Below are positions 12,301 to 23,691 of a DNA stretch of 64,000 nucleotides, piece after piece. Both the position numbers and the translations under genes were made by a program. The notes beneath the pieces were generated by a model. The model saw only the letters and a list, made by a program, of their open reading frames with translations. It was not told the DNA's origin and did not search any database. Origin of the DNA: Eledone cirrhosa (Eukaryota); NCBI GenBank assembly GCA_964016885.1, contig OZ024745.1, positions 46,810,001 through 46,874,000 of the forward strand, in the 5' to 3' direction. How positions within the stretch are numbered: the stretch's first letter is position 1; each line of letters begins with the position of its first letter.

Positions 12301-15300
12301 GCAATGAAACCCAGAGGATGGATAGGAGTGGGAGAGGAGGAGATGCAGTGTAGTAGTGGGGAAGTAGAAGAGTGAAGAATGAGAGAAGAAATTGAGCGAT
12401 GCGTGGAGTAAGTAATATTTATCAATGATGAGTAACTTTGAAGAGAGAGTGTGTGATTGCAAGCAACATGGAAAGGGTCATGGTGGGATGTATGGGTGTA
12501 AATGGATTGGATGGTCTTATATAGATGAGGTTGGTGGGTAGGAATATGGACAGGACTATAAATATATAGTCTAACTCTCAGCTGTTGCTGCTGATGGTAC
12601 TTATTTTCAGCTGAGTGAACTGGAGCAACATAAAATGAAAGGCTTTGCTCAAGGACACAACACACCACTCAGTCGAGGATTTGAAACTCTGATGCTGCTA
12701 TTGCGAGCCCAACACTAATCATTAGGCTATGTACCTTCATTAATAACCTTTTTTATATTGTGTTATGTTTAACTCGTTTTTGTTACAGTTTGCTGGTGAG
12801 AGTAGCCATCTTTCTTGTATGAATGATTATATCAGAGATGCCCATAGGAAATTCAAGTGAGTTATATTTTTGTGGAAGATTTTAATGTTGAAAACTTTAT
12901 TTTTACCTTTCACTAATTAAATTACATAGTAAATTATGTTGCCAATAATAGTAATTTTCATTTATATAGCTTGTAAATGTGACATACTTATTAGTTATTA
13001 AATCACCATCATTTTATGTCCATTTTCTGTGTTGGCATGGATTGGACAAGTCATCACGGTTGGTGACAAAACGTGGTTGGATAACCACATCTTGCCTATA
13101 CATTCCATATTTTGACATGGTTTCTACATGGATGTCCTTCATAATGCTAACTACTTAACACTAAGTGCATTTTATCATGTGAACTGGGTATGTTTTATCT
13201 TAACACTAGAGAGTTTGTAATGTCCTCTCTACCATATATTGACTCTGTTCATTTAACCACTTTACAATTCTCTAAAATAGATTACTTAGCTTAGTTTACT
13301 GATGTATATTTGATCTAAACTGAGTAACAAAATTCAAATTTATTAAAGAAACATTACTGGACTGGAATTATATATATATATATCAAAGTAGATGCAGTAA
13401 AAAGCTGTTAGACTATTACTCACTAGAGTACTTGATACTTGGGGTAGTAGAGTGTGGTAATATGAAAGAGTTGGGACCCCGATGGTTGAGCTCTTGCTGT
13501 TGAAATGGCAAGAGCTCAGCTGTCGGGATCCTGACTCTTTCATATATATATATATATATATATATTATTTATTTATTTATTTCAGAAACTTTTTCCAAAT
13601 GGCTTGTGAAGTTGAAGACTTAGAAAATAAGTTTAACATTGATCAATATACGGATGCTACTATGGTATCGAAGCCAGTAATCTATATGTCTGTTCAAGAA
13701 ATCTGTGATACTCATCAAGTAAGTATTATATTACTATTCCTTTCATCACCATATTTATAATGAAATACTCTGCCTATGTGTTTGAAGTAATTTTGTAAAT
13801 AATAAAGAATTTAATAAACTAACTAACTTAATCTGATGTTTGAAACACAACTTAAAAGGTTCTTGGTTACAATTATGATAAACGGTTTAAATTTAAGTGT
13901 AAACAATTTAAGAAATGGATGCGTTTCATAGAACTAGAAATGGTCTCACGTAAGTTGGTATCAAACTAGTTAAATATTGCATACAGATTGTACAATTGCT
14001 CTGTTATAATTTCTTTTATCTTTAAAAGTCATTTGTTTAATATGTAGTGATATTTTGTTTATTTAGAAGTTAGAGTGCAATAATGAGCAGAAAGTACTAG
14101 ATATGAAGTAATATTTATGAGGCGGCAGTTTTTATTGTTGAGAACATCTTGTCAGTAAGTGTTTGGTCTAGAGTTTGTGAAAGTATTTCATAGAAAGATG
14201 AAGAACAAAGAGAATTATATGATGGAATATATTCATGCCATCTAATTAAAGCGAAATTCCCTGATATTTCTGCAGATTTCATCCCTTATGTTAAATCTAA
14301 TAATTTATCTATTTTATTTGTAGCTTTTATTGAAACATCAAGATACCATTGCACCAGATCATAATGATCCATTACATGAACTGCTGGATGATCTTGGAGA
14401 GTGTCCCTCGGTTGATGTTTTATTAGGTAACAACTATGTTGTCCTTTTGGAATCATTACTGGATTTTTTTACAGCTTCCTGTTTCTTTGCCAGTCATTTG
14501 GAATTGAACATTTTTCTGTGAAGAAGAGTATATATAACATTATCATAATCATCATTTACATCCATTTTCCAAGCTTACATGGGTTAAACAGGTTGTCGTG
14601 CTAGGGATATGTTAGGTCAGGAGATCACGTCCGTCTCATATGGGTTTGTATATTAACTTGGTTTCTATGACTGGATGCTTTTCCTAATGCTAACAACATT
14701 ACTGGGTGGACTGGGTGCTTTTTATTGTGGCACCAAAATTACCATCTAATAAGGTTGACTAGGTGGTTTTTGTCATGTCACCAGCACAACCACCTTAAAG
14801 GGTGGACTGGGTGCTTTGTCATTACCAGCACCACCACCTTACAGGGTGGACTGGTCACTTTTTCTTATGTCCCCAGCATGACCACCTTGCAGGGTGGACT
14901 GGCTGCTTTTTGTCGTGTCACCAACACAAACACCATTACAAGGTGGACTGGAGGTTTCCTGTTATGTAACCAGCCCTACCACTTTATAGAGTGCATTTGT
15001 AGCTGCCTCTTTTCATGTTATTAGTACAACCCTACCCCCACCCCCACCTCCTTACAGAATGGATTAGGGGCCTTTGTTGTAGTGCTAGATTGCCAGACAG
15101 AGTGGACAAAGTCAAAGTGCTTTTTGCTGTGGCAGCTGCATTATGGGTATGGGGAGCAGATTTGGAGCATGTCCTCCTACTTTCCATGCTTATATATAGG
15201 AGCGTGAAAGGTGGGGAGGGGAAAGAGTATGTAAGTTGGACATAGGTGAGGGCTAGGGTATTAAGACTAGGAAGGTGAATGGAGGAGGGGTAAGGAAATG

Positions 15301-18300
15301 TTAGTTGCAGGCTAGTGTCCTTTACATGTTGTTTTATCCTGTGCACATGGGAAGGTAGATCTTTTGCAGTACAGCATAGCACCAGAGATCCCGATTCTAT
15401 GTAATCTCCTTTGAAAGGTTTAAAAGCCACTCAAGATAGGTTAAAAAGTCACAGGTTCCCGACCTATGGTCTTGGCAGATATTTAAATAAATTGTGAAAT
15501 GAGACTCAGCCTTTGTAATATTAATTTCATAATGTTACAAGTAGATTTATGAATATTCCTTTTATTAAAACTTCTTTGTCTAGATAGTTTAATTAAACAA
15601 CTAAATTTATTATAAAAATTGTAATATATTTATAATGTAAATATTGCGAAAAATATTGATCACATTCCGCATTTTGAAAAAGCATATTGTGTTGTATACC
15701 ATAAAGTAATTCTTAAAAATATTGGTTTCATTACATAATTTTAACTGTTTGACATTAGGCATTGATGCATAAATGTATTTTCACTAACAATTTGATGAAA
15801 ATCTAGCCTATATCAGTATTTGTTGCTTGGTTTAAATACTATTTTCTCTTTTTGAGCCAATGCTAATGAGTTTACATGATGTTTTAATAAGGATAAATGT
15901 CTAATGTTATTAAAATGAGATTATTTTAAATTTTAGGTGCAGAAATCAATTCAGGAGGTGAAGATGGCCTAGATGAGAGTGTGCGAGCTCAATTAGCTAA
16001 AACTGAAATTACTCTTACCTTAATGAATAAATTTGAAGTTCCTGATGATGATATGTCTGACATAAAAGGAATGATGATCAGGTAATTTTATGTTTTTGTT
16101 ATTTATATTGAAATAGTGTCTATAAGGCAAAACTGCTTGGCTATTGACCACTTTGCTACAGTTTCTTCTTGGACAAAAACATCACTTTAAAAGGAGACCT
16201 CCAGCTTTGGGCACAGAGGCTTGAAAATGCCCTTCCCTCATTTGAGATAATAATCCTCTCATCTGAGGACCTCCCTCTTAGCCCAGAAGCACTGTAGGAC
16301 CAGTGGAAGGCACTCAACTGTTTGAGAACAAGAATGTGTCAATTAAATGATTCTTTGGTCAGATTGGGTTTACAGGACTGACTCAGCCACTGCAAATGTG
16401 GAGTCCAACCTGACTATGGAGCACTGCTTTGTCTGATCTCTACTACACAACAAATACATCTCAAAAGATCTTACAGATCTTCGATGAAAATGCAAAGAGC
16501 TGTGTGAAAAAGTGGAAAACTTTATATGGCCACCCTGCTTGCTTTAAAGAAACAAAAAGACTCGGCATACCTCGCAAAACAATATTTACCACTGTTTACT
16601 TAACCAACATTCAAATTTGCCAAGCAGTGTCAGCTTGAAAACAATGAAGGATAATTGTTAGTAAAATTATTTGATGATTTATTTTCAAACTTGACTACAA
16701 TATATGGCATTTCTCAAGACTTTGAGATATCTTGCTTACATCTTTGTTTCTACCTTCCTATTCCAATCCACTAGATGTACACTTAATAATTTCTCTTACA
16801 TTTTATCAATTTTGCAATGAAAATCAAACAGGAACTTTTAAAACTTTATCCCTTAGAAAAGCTAAGTTGAAAATTACTATTATTTAGAAATCTGGATTGT
16901 TAAAAAAAAATTAAATTAATTTTTCGATAGATTATATTTTAAATTGAAACAGATAATTTTTAGTTTTAGAATTTAATATTAAAAACTAACTCAACATTTT
17001 AAATTGTTTTACTTTATTATTTTAATTTTTTAGAACGAAGAAAATGGTAGTTGATGTAATAGCATGTCAATCAGGAGAAAATCTTTCACAGATTTTGGAA
17101 GTGCCATCAACAGATGAACAAGTAAGGAAGTTGTTTGATTTTATAACCAAATTTAGCTTATCATTAAGATATATTTACTAGAATTTAAATCTAAAATTAT
17201 TACTAAATGTTTATAAATGTATTATTTTTTTTCATTCTTAGTTTATTTATCAAAAACTGAAATATTTAACTGTTGCTTTATAAACAAACTGAGAATATGA
17301 TTATGATTATGATGATAATGATGATGACATAATATCATTGACAAAATAAGAAAAAAAAAAAAATACTGAGGATTGGAAGGGTGCAAGCTCTACACCCTTG
17401 ACTGTATCGCATGGGCAAGTATTGCTGTGGAGAGAGGCCTGCTCCAACAGCCATTCCAGTTGGGTTCCTTCCTCAGATGTGATGACATCAGCCTGATTTG
17501 GTGGAAGAAAACAGCAACCAAAAGGCTGAAAACACCAGAGATCTCAATAGAATATTAGAATTGTTCTTTGTTTCTTGATTCTTGCTGCATAAATAAATCT
17601 TTTTTAACCTATCATAGGATTGTATCCTTTTTTTTTATGTGTGTTGACTATTTTATATACACATTACCCAATAGTTAATATTTTTATCAAATTTTTTGCA
17701 CTTCAGGAAGATATTCACCAAGCGTTATTAAAAAAACGTGACATGATAGATAAAAAAGCTACAAACCAAGGAAAATTAGAACGACAAACATCTCTATTGG
17801 GTGATAACAGGTAAGTTATGTTTGTACTTCTAGTGCAGCTGTTCCTGAAAATAATTTGTCATCAAATCCTTATGATTTTCCAAAATTGCAGAATCCATAC
17901 CAATATTTTACAAATAATTCCTACTATTCCAATTTTTATACAACATGAAATGAAACAAAAATTGTTTTAGATTTTATAAAAAAAACCACCATATCTTGAG
18001 AAACACTGTTCTTGTGACAAAGTGAACTTATTGTTTAAATAGCATAGAGATTTTATTGATCTTAAAAATCAATATTAATGTCAATGAAAACAGGTATTTC
18101 TAACAGTAACCATGAAATATTGACAATCTATAGAAAAGCAATTTATTTTGGGTATAATTATTAATTATTATTTAGTAAAACAGTATAATTATTTACTATT
18201 AACATCCTGTTAAGATTTGGCAGAAAATATTTAAAAGTTAGTTTGTTAATTCAGATGTGTATAGTATATTTACTAGTTGGCAGATCATTGTAGAACTGTG

Positions 18301-18971
18301 CAGTAAGCTAAAGTAAAGATTAACTTTTAATGTGATGCAATCATAGTGCTGTTATGTATTTTTCAAGAATGTCTTTCTAATGTGGTTTCATGTGGTACAG
18401 GATGTTAAGAGCATTTGTGTTGTGTGTGCGAACATTTCAGAACTGTTGATATTGTATTTTGAACATTATACAATATCAACAGTTCTGAAATGCATTAGTG
18501 AATATTTGATTTATTTTTCTTTATAGGTTGCCACTGGAAATGATGAAAGGAAAGATTAAGAAAAATCTCCAAAATCTTGAGCTTGCTAATTTAGTAACTC
18601 GGAAAAATAAATACCAAGATATTATTAACTCTATTGCACGGGTAAAAGTTAACTTTTATACAATAATATGTAAGTGTGTACCTGGTTTAAAATAGGTACA
18701 CCATATCCCTGTGTGTTGTAAGAAGCAATTAAAAGGGTTGGTGTCAAGAAGGGCATCTGGCTGCAAAATACCTCAAAGTCGTGTCCAACCCATGCCAGTA
18801 TGGAAAAGTCAACATAAAATGGACTATATAGATATGTAGTCATAGATATGAGTGTGTGATTAAGGAGTTCACTTTGCATCCACATAGTTTCAAGTTCACT
18901 ACTGACACCTTGGACAGGTGTTGGTTTGTGAAATTTGGTAAATGGAAACCTAAAGAAACATGTTTTATATG

Positions 18972-19052
<81 letters not shown>

Positions 19053-20388
19053 TTTGAGCATATGGTGATTGTTTGCCAACACCTCAGTATGCAGATTGAA
19101 GCACTCGACGAAGTACGCAGGTTGGTTTGTTTACTCCGAAATAATGTAAAATAATTAAGTCAAATATGTAAAATTTGGCTTTGTTTATTATAAATTATAG
19201 ATATACTGCTATATATATTTCGGTGACAGCCATCATTGGCTGTGACCTCTTCAGGCAGTCCGAATTGGTGTGAGAAAGACAGGTACACATGTTGTTGAAG
19301 TGTGTTTTACTCCGTTAATACATCGATATGCCCAGCTCCTGGTTATGTTGTTATTCCTCTGAGGAACTGGAATCATTTATTTTATTTTATATATATATAT
19401 ATGCAAGCATGGAAAAGCAGACAGAAAAATGATGTTAATATATATATCTAACAACTTGATGGGTCTTTAATAAAATTACTCTTAAATGTAAAAACAGAAA
19501 ATAGATAATTATTTTACTAAAGACCGTGCTATCTTCAATAATTTGATTAGCTTAATTAATTGTAAAATATTTGCAAAATACATTGAACAAGGATCCTTTT
19601 TAAAATAATTGTCTTGGGGTATGCACAATACTTGTAGTTTTCTGTTATTTTTTAACTTCTCTGCTTAATTATAAATTCACAATGTTTACCTGTGAAAGAG
19701 TTTAAGTAGAGTTGGCTGTTAATATATTTGACCTAATCTTTCAGAAAAATCTGTTATGGACAGTCAGTTGTTAATATAACTGACTCAACCACTTTGGAAA
19801 ATCTGGAAATCTTTAACATACCAAAGCAAATATTCAATAAAAGTAACCTTAAAGTATGCAATAATTAGAACCTGTATTTAAGTTGTTATAAAATATTTTA
19901 TTTTTCTGTTTTTCTCCTCAGGATATTCGCAACCAACGGCGTTATAGGAATACTCGGCGACAAGAACTGATACGGCTACGAAGTGCAGTAAAAAGTTTGC
20001 ACAATAAAAGGTCTTTCTATGAAGAACAGATTGACTATTACAATCTTTATGTGAAAACCTGTTTGGATAATATGGCTCACAAGGAGAAGTTAGTAAAAAC
20101 ATGAATTATTTTTCACCCATTGTCTTTGACCTGTATTACTCCTTTAACATCGTTTTTTTGTTTTTTTTTGTTGGTGTTTTTTTTAACTTTAAAAATCAAT
20201 TTAAAGATATTTCAGCAGCATTTTTATAGCCATTTTTCCATGTTGACATGGATTCAACTTTCTCTTCAATCTCTGCTGAAGTCTCATTACCATACAATAT
20301 TGCACTCTGTACACTTACTTTATAATATTCATCATATCTATCTCTCTCTCCCTCTCTCTCTCTATATATATCTATATATATATATATA

Positions 20389-20434
<46 letters not shown>

Positions 20435-22452
20435 GTGGGGTTTCCAGAGCACTCTGTCAGTCTAATTGAACATTTTTTATTGTTTTTTTGTGTGTGTGTG
20501 TGTATGTGTGAGTACCCATTGTTTCCTCTGAGTACAGAGTATTGTGTTCCTTTGTACATTTTTCCTACATACCAAGCAAGGATATTTTCCAGATGGTTTT
20601 GAGATTTTGTACTTTGATTATTGCTATGTTGGTTTCTGGTTTGGGGAGTTCTAGACTGTTCTAGGATTGTTTCTAGTTTCCACTATTTTCATAAACTAAT
20701 ACTTGTACTTTCTCAAACATGCAGTATATACTTTTGTTTATTTCCAGTCGCAAATCCAGATCATTTACCCTGTTCCGTAAAGATGACAATCTGGTCACTG
20801 TGAAATACAGTGCTGCTCAGCTTTATGATAAGGGACTCATTTTGGAAATAGAAGATTTGGCTGTCAACCAGTAAGTTCATTAACTTTTATTAATAGATGC
20901 GTTTCAGGACTATAACTTTTGCAGTTATTGACTGTGTATTTGAGAGTAATGAAAAGCACATTGTCAGAGCTGATCTTGCTAGTTTGAAGCAACCAGAAGT
21001 ATTTTTATACTTGGCATGTTTGTGTATTCAATGGCATTGTATGGTTAATATTCATGAAAGAGTCTGGTGTCTACTTTCCTCTTCGATTTATACATATGTA
21101 GTTATGAATTTTCAGAAACAATTCAGAAAACCATAATATGGTTTATAAAATAACAGCAAAAAGATCTGCATAATAAAATATTTCCCTTTTTTTTTTATTT
21201 ATCCTACATAAAATTAATGTAACATAGTGATGTAGAAAACAACTTTCATGATCAGTATAATTAATTACAGAAAAAGTGAGTTAACATGATCAATGCATGT
21301 TTATGTAATTTGGATATATGGTAGAACCTTGTTAGGGAATAATCATTTGTATCAGTGCATATGTGTATGTGGTTGTGTTTTATAGTTAATCTTCATGAAG
21401 CTGTCAGGTTTCTGATTTCCACAATTAGTGCCTTTCTATAAAAAATAGGCTTAATGTATTAGGCAGTTCTGAGAAGGGTTTAATTGAATTGTTTGGCTTT
21501 TTTATTTACTTATTTTAAATGAATAATTTAATTTTTTTTAAAAACTATTCTGATAGCAGTATTGTTTTTAGCAGTTAGATCTTTTGAATTGAGAAGCTGT
21601 TAAATAACTCCTGGCAATTAAGTAATAGTTATACATGATTTAAAGTGTATTTTTTTATTTTTTTCTATAGGTTTAAGAATGTTCTCTTTGAGATTTCCAA
21701 CACTGAAAAGACTGGTGTTTTTGAAGTCAATGCCAAATTTTTGGGAGTTCATATGGAAAAGGTTGAACTTGTATTTCAGGTAAATAAAATTATTTGAAGA
21801 ACTGCTCTCTTGCTTCTGTGTATGCAAGTATGTATGCATTTGGTCAGAGACTTTTAAACCATTTGATTATTGTAATTTTAATTACACTCAAGCATTTCCA
21901 GACTTTGTCAGATGGACTGTTTATAACAAAATGAACCTAGTACAGTCTATAAAATGGTTAGTGTCAAGAAGTGCATTCAGATGTAGAAATAATGCCAAAA
22001 CTGGGGGGGGGGGGGGGGGGTGTGTGTATATAATCCTTGTTTTTACATCTGTTTTCCATGCTTGCATGGGTTGGATGAGTCCTCTTCAGCACAGCATCTT
22101 TCTACTAGCCGCACTCCGTCGTCATCTGTGTGTCTCAGCGATTTGAGATCAGCTGTCACCACCTCTGCTCAGATCTTCTTTGGTGTACCTCTACTGCAGC
22201 TTCCTTCCGCTGGGATTTCCTGGCACTTCTTCACCCAACAATCATCATTCATGTGCATCACATGTCTGTACCAATGCAGTCTTTTCTCCTGCACACTACT
22301 TTTGCTACCACTTAAACCCAGTTTTTCCCCCAGTTCATCCAAGCTCTGCCTTTCTTTCACATTTACATTGCATATCCAAGTATAACTAAATCAAATCTCA
22401 ATTTTGTTGTTGCAATATAAAATGGTAAAATGGATGTTAAAACAATGATGAT

Positions 22453-22529
<77 letters not shown>

Positions 22530-22612
22530 CTTTCTTTCTTTCTCTCTCTCTTTCTTTCTTTCTTTCTCTCTCTCTTTCTCTCTTTCTTTCTCTCTCTCTC
22601 TTTCTCTCTTTC

Positions 22613-22643
<31 letters not shown>

Positions 22644-23691
22644 CTTTCTCTCTCTCTCTTTCACTCTCTCTCTATATATATATATATATAATTGGAAATC
22701 AGTCAAATCGAATCTCTGGCGGTTTGCAAGTAAATTCGGCCTACTTATATGAAATGATGAGTTAGCAAAGCACTAGATAAGATAGGACCTTAGAGTAATA
22801 AGACACGTTTAAATAGCTTGACAAATCGAACATTGTGGTAGGCGAAACTAACACACAATATATACCAAAGTAACGATAGAACTAATCAGTCTCTCTAATA
22901 GTTATGATTAATTGTGGTTTGTGATGACCTGTCCAATCCATGCTAGCATGGAAAATGAGGTAAAAAGATGTGTTTTCTAACCAAACTTCTATGATATCAT
23001 TATCGTAAACTTCTACTAAAAAATGTTTTCTGTTAATCACTTGGCACTTTTGATATATAAAAATCTGATTTATGAAATAGTTTCAGTTATTACTGATATG
23101 TGAGCAGTATGAGAAAAGGTTTAGAAATAAAATGTAAAATATCTGAAAATTAAATTCAGACATATATATACATCATAAAGATTCCAAGGACTCTTCCTTA
23201 ATTGGTGATGGGATCTCCTTAAATAAAAGGTAGGCTGTACAATGTATGTCTGAGATATGCTGTTATGTGAAGGTGTAATCTAAGTTTGCCATGATCAGTT
23301 CAACAACTCGCTTAAATAGAGAAGTAGTAACTTGTTATTAGATGCAAATTCTGGCATTTTGAGACTGCACTAGAATGATGTTGCCTAAGCAGAGATATGT
23401 TATGAAATGGTAATTGAGGAAAACTGGAAATGTTGAAGGTAGGACTAAGAAATGATGTAGTAGGTTTTATGGACACAAAAACATGTGCTGGTCCTTATAT
23501 TCCATGCCAGCATAAAAATGGTGAATGTTGATCTAGCTGATTATTACTGCATATTCACCTAATTCTTATCATTTTAGGATTTGCTCCAGCTGCAGTATGA
23601 AGGTGTTGCTGTAATGAACATGTTTAACCGTGCTAAAGTGAATGTCAACCTCCTGATATTTCTCCTGAACCGTAAATTTTATGGAAGGTGA
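6581..23691 (+). CDS. IQGAP: Ras GTPase-activating-like protein IQGAP, 3' part (14 coding exons; 5' exons lie upstream of the window)
   Basis: Spliced translation follows IQGAP1 as recalled: TDKFL..SLDKIPYGMRYMAKVLK, GNLIYYRYINSAIVAPDAFDII, DQRRNLGSIAK, IAPDHNDPLHELLDDLGE, DIRNQRRYR, QDLLQLQYEGVAVMNMFNRAKVNVNLLIFLLNRKFYGR*. All introns GT-AG with compatible phases. Confidence 0.97.
6753..6952. mobile_element. TTAA-flanked MITE (piggyBac-like), copy 1
   Basis: Ends ttaactct...agagtttaa; internal similarity to 7666-7852 (accacattagca, taatactgcaaatttt, tagatattttctgctaa). Confidence 0.6.
7078..7446 (-). mobile_element. tRNA-derived SINE-like remnant with foldback
   Basis: Degenerate tRNA-like head on the minus strand at ~7190-7260; direct repeat at 7078 and 7335; imperfect hairpin 7293-7446. 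Confidence 0.45.
7666..7852. mobile_element. TTAA-flanked MITE (piggyBac-like), copy 2
   Basis: Ends ttaactct...agagttaa; same family as 6753-6952. Confidence 0.6.
7897..7981 (+). CDS. IQGAP: IQGAP exon (YGMRYMAKVLK...KDVLK)
   Basis: gctag acceptor, gtatg donor, 85 nt. Confidence 0.94.
11667..11831 (+). CDS. IQGAP: IQGAP exon (IVGNLIYYRY...ASNKG), GAP-related domain core
   Basis: tacag acceptor, gtaag donor, 165 nt; YYR in place of the FLR motif of active RasGAPs, as is typical of IQGAPs. Confidence 0.96.
12789..12856 (+). CDS. IQGAP: IQGAP exon (FAGESSHLSCMNDYIRDAHRKFK)
   Basis: tacag acceptor, gtgag donor, 68 nt. Confidence 0.92.
13586..13718 (+). CDS. IQGAP: IQGAP exon (NFFQMACEV...ICDTHQ)
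   Basis: ttcag acceptor, gtaag donor, 133 nt. Confidence 0.94.
14324..14426 (+). CDS. IQGAP: IQGAP exon (LLLKHQDTIAPDHND...VDVLL)
   Basis: tgtag acceptor, gtaac donor, 103 nt. Confidence 0.94.
14550..15000 (-). mobile_element. RTE-associated 3'-tail repeat with six degenerate ~47-bp internal tandem units
   Basis: catcatttacatccattttccaagc...ctggatgcttttcctaatgctaac as in other copies (13010, 38940); ggtggactgg-like motif recurs near 14705, 14752, 14801, 14845, 14894 and 14942. Confidence 0.65.
15937..16081 (+). CDS. IQGAP: IQGAP exon (AEINSGG...LAKTEITLTLMNKFEV...MMIR)
   Basis: tttag acceptor, gtaat donor, 145 nt. Confidence 0.92.
17034..17121 (+). CDS. IQGAP: IQGAP exon (TKKMVVDVI...STDEQ)
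   Basis: tttag acceptor, gtaag donor, 88 nt. Confidence 0.92.
17707..17810 (+). CDS. IQGAP: IQGAP exon (EDIHQALLKK...LLGDNR)
   Basis: ttcag acceptor, gtaag donor, 104 nt. Confidence 0.9.
18527..18641 (+). CDS. IQGAP: IQGAP exon (LPLEMMKGKIKKNL...YQDIINSIAR)
   Basis: tatag acceptor, gtaaa donor, 115 nt. Confidence 0.92.
19050..19375 (-). mobile_element. Penelope-like element terminal fragment next to (TA)n
   Basis: Closely similar to 31387-31680; contains the hammerhead motif; flanked by TA tracts. Confidence 0.6.
19205..19259 (-). ncRNA. Minimal type I hammerhead ribozyme motif (Penelope-type)
   Basis: Minus strand reads ACUGC-CUGAAGA-GGUCACAGCCA-AUGA-UGGCUGUCACC-GAAA-UAUAUA-UA-GCAGU: 5-bp stem I, CUGANGA, 10-bp stem II with one mismatch, GAAA, palindromic mini stem III, UH site. 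Confidence 0.75.
19922..20088 (+). CDS. IQGAP: IQGAP exon (DIRNQRRYR...YVKTCLDNMAHKE)
   Basis: ctcag acceptor, gttag donor, 167 nt. Confidence 0.92.
20748..20870 (+). CDS. IQGAP: IQGAP exon (RKSRSF...VKYSAAQLYDKGLILEIEDLAVNQ)
   Basis: tccag acceptor, gtaag donor, 123 nt. Confidence 0.92.
21671..21779 (+). CDS. IQGAP: IQGAP exon (FKNVLFEIS...VELVFQ)
   Basis: tatag acceptor, gtaaa donor, 109 nt. Confidence 0.94.
22041..22380 (-). mobile_element. RTE-clade LINE 3' fragment
   Basis: ORF 22169-22360 KRLHWYRHVMHMNDDCWVKKC...SRGTPKK resembles the RTE C-terminal RLRWxGHVxRM...RGRP motif. Confidence 0.75.
22455..22690. repeat. (CT)n/(CTTT)n microsatellite followed by (TA)n
   Basis: Seen directly. 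Other (TA)n tracts at 9322-9364, 18977-19048, 20363-20431 and 26089-26131. Confidence 0.97.
23578..23691 (+). CDS. IQGAP: IQGAP terminal coding exon (DLLQLQYEG...KFYGR*)
   Basis: tttag acceptor; TGA at 23689-23691; conserved IQGAP C-terminus. Confidence 0.96.
   Translation, partial: DLLQLQYEGVAVMNMFNRAKVNVNLLIFLLNRKFYGR

Noticed and set aside
18840-22765. ORFs with YIYIYI, SLSLSL or ERERER runs
   Set aside because: Translations of (TA)n and (CT)n microsatellites.
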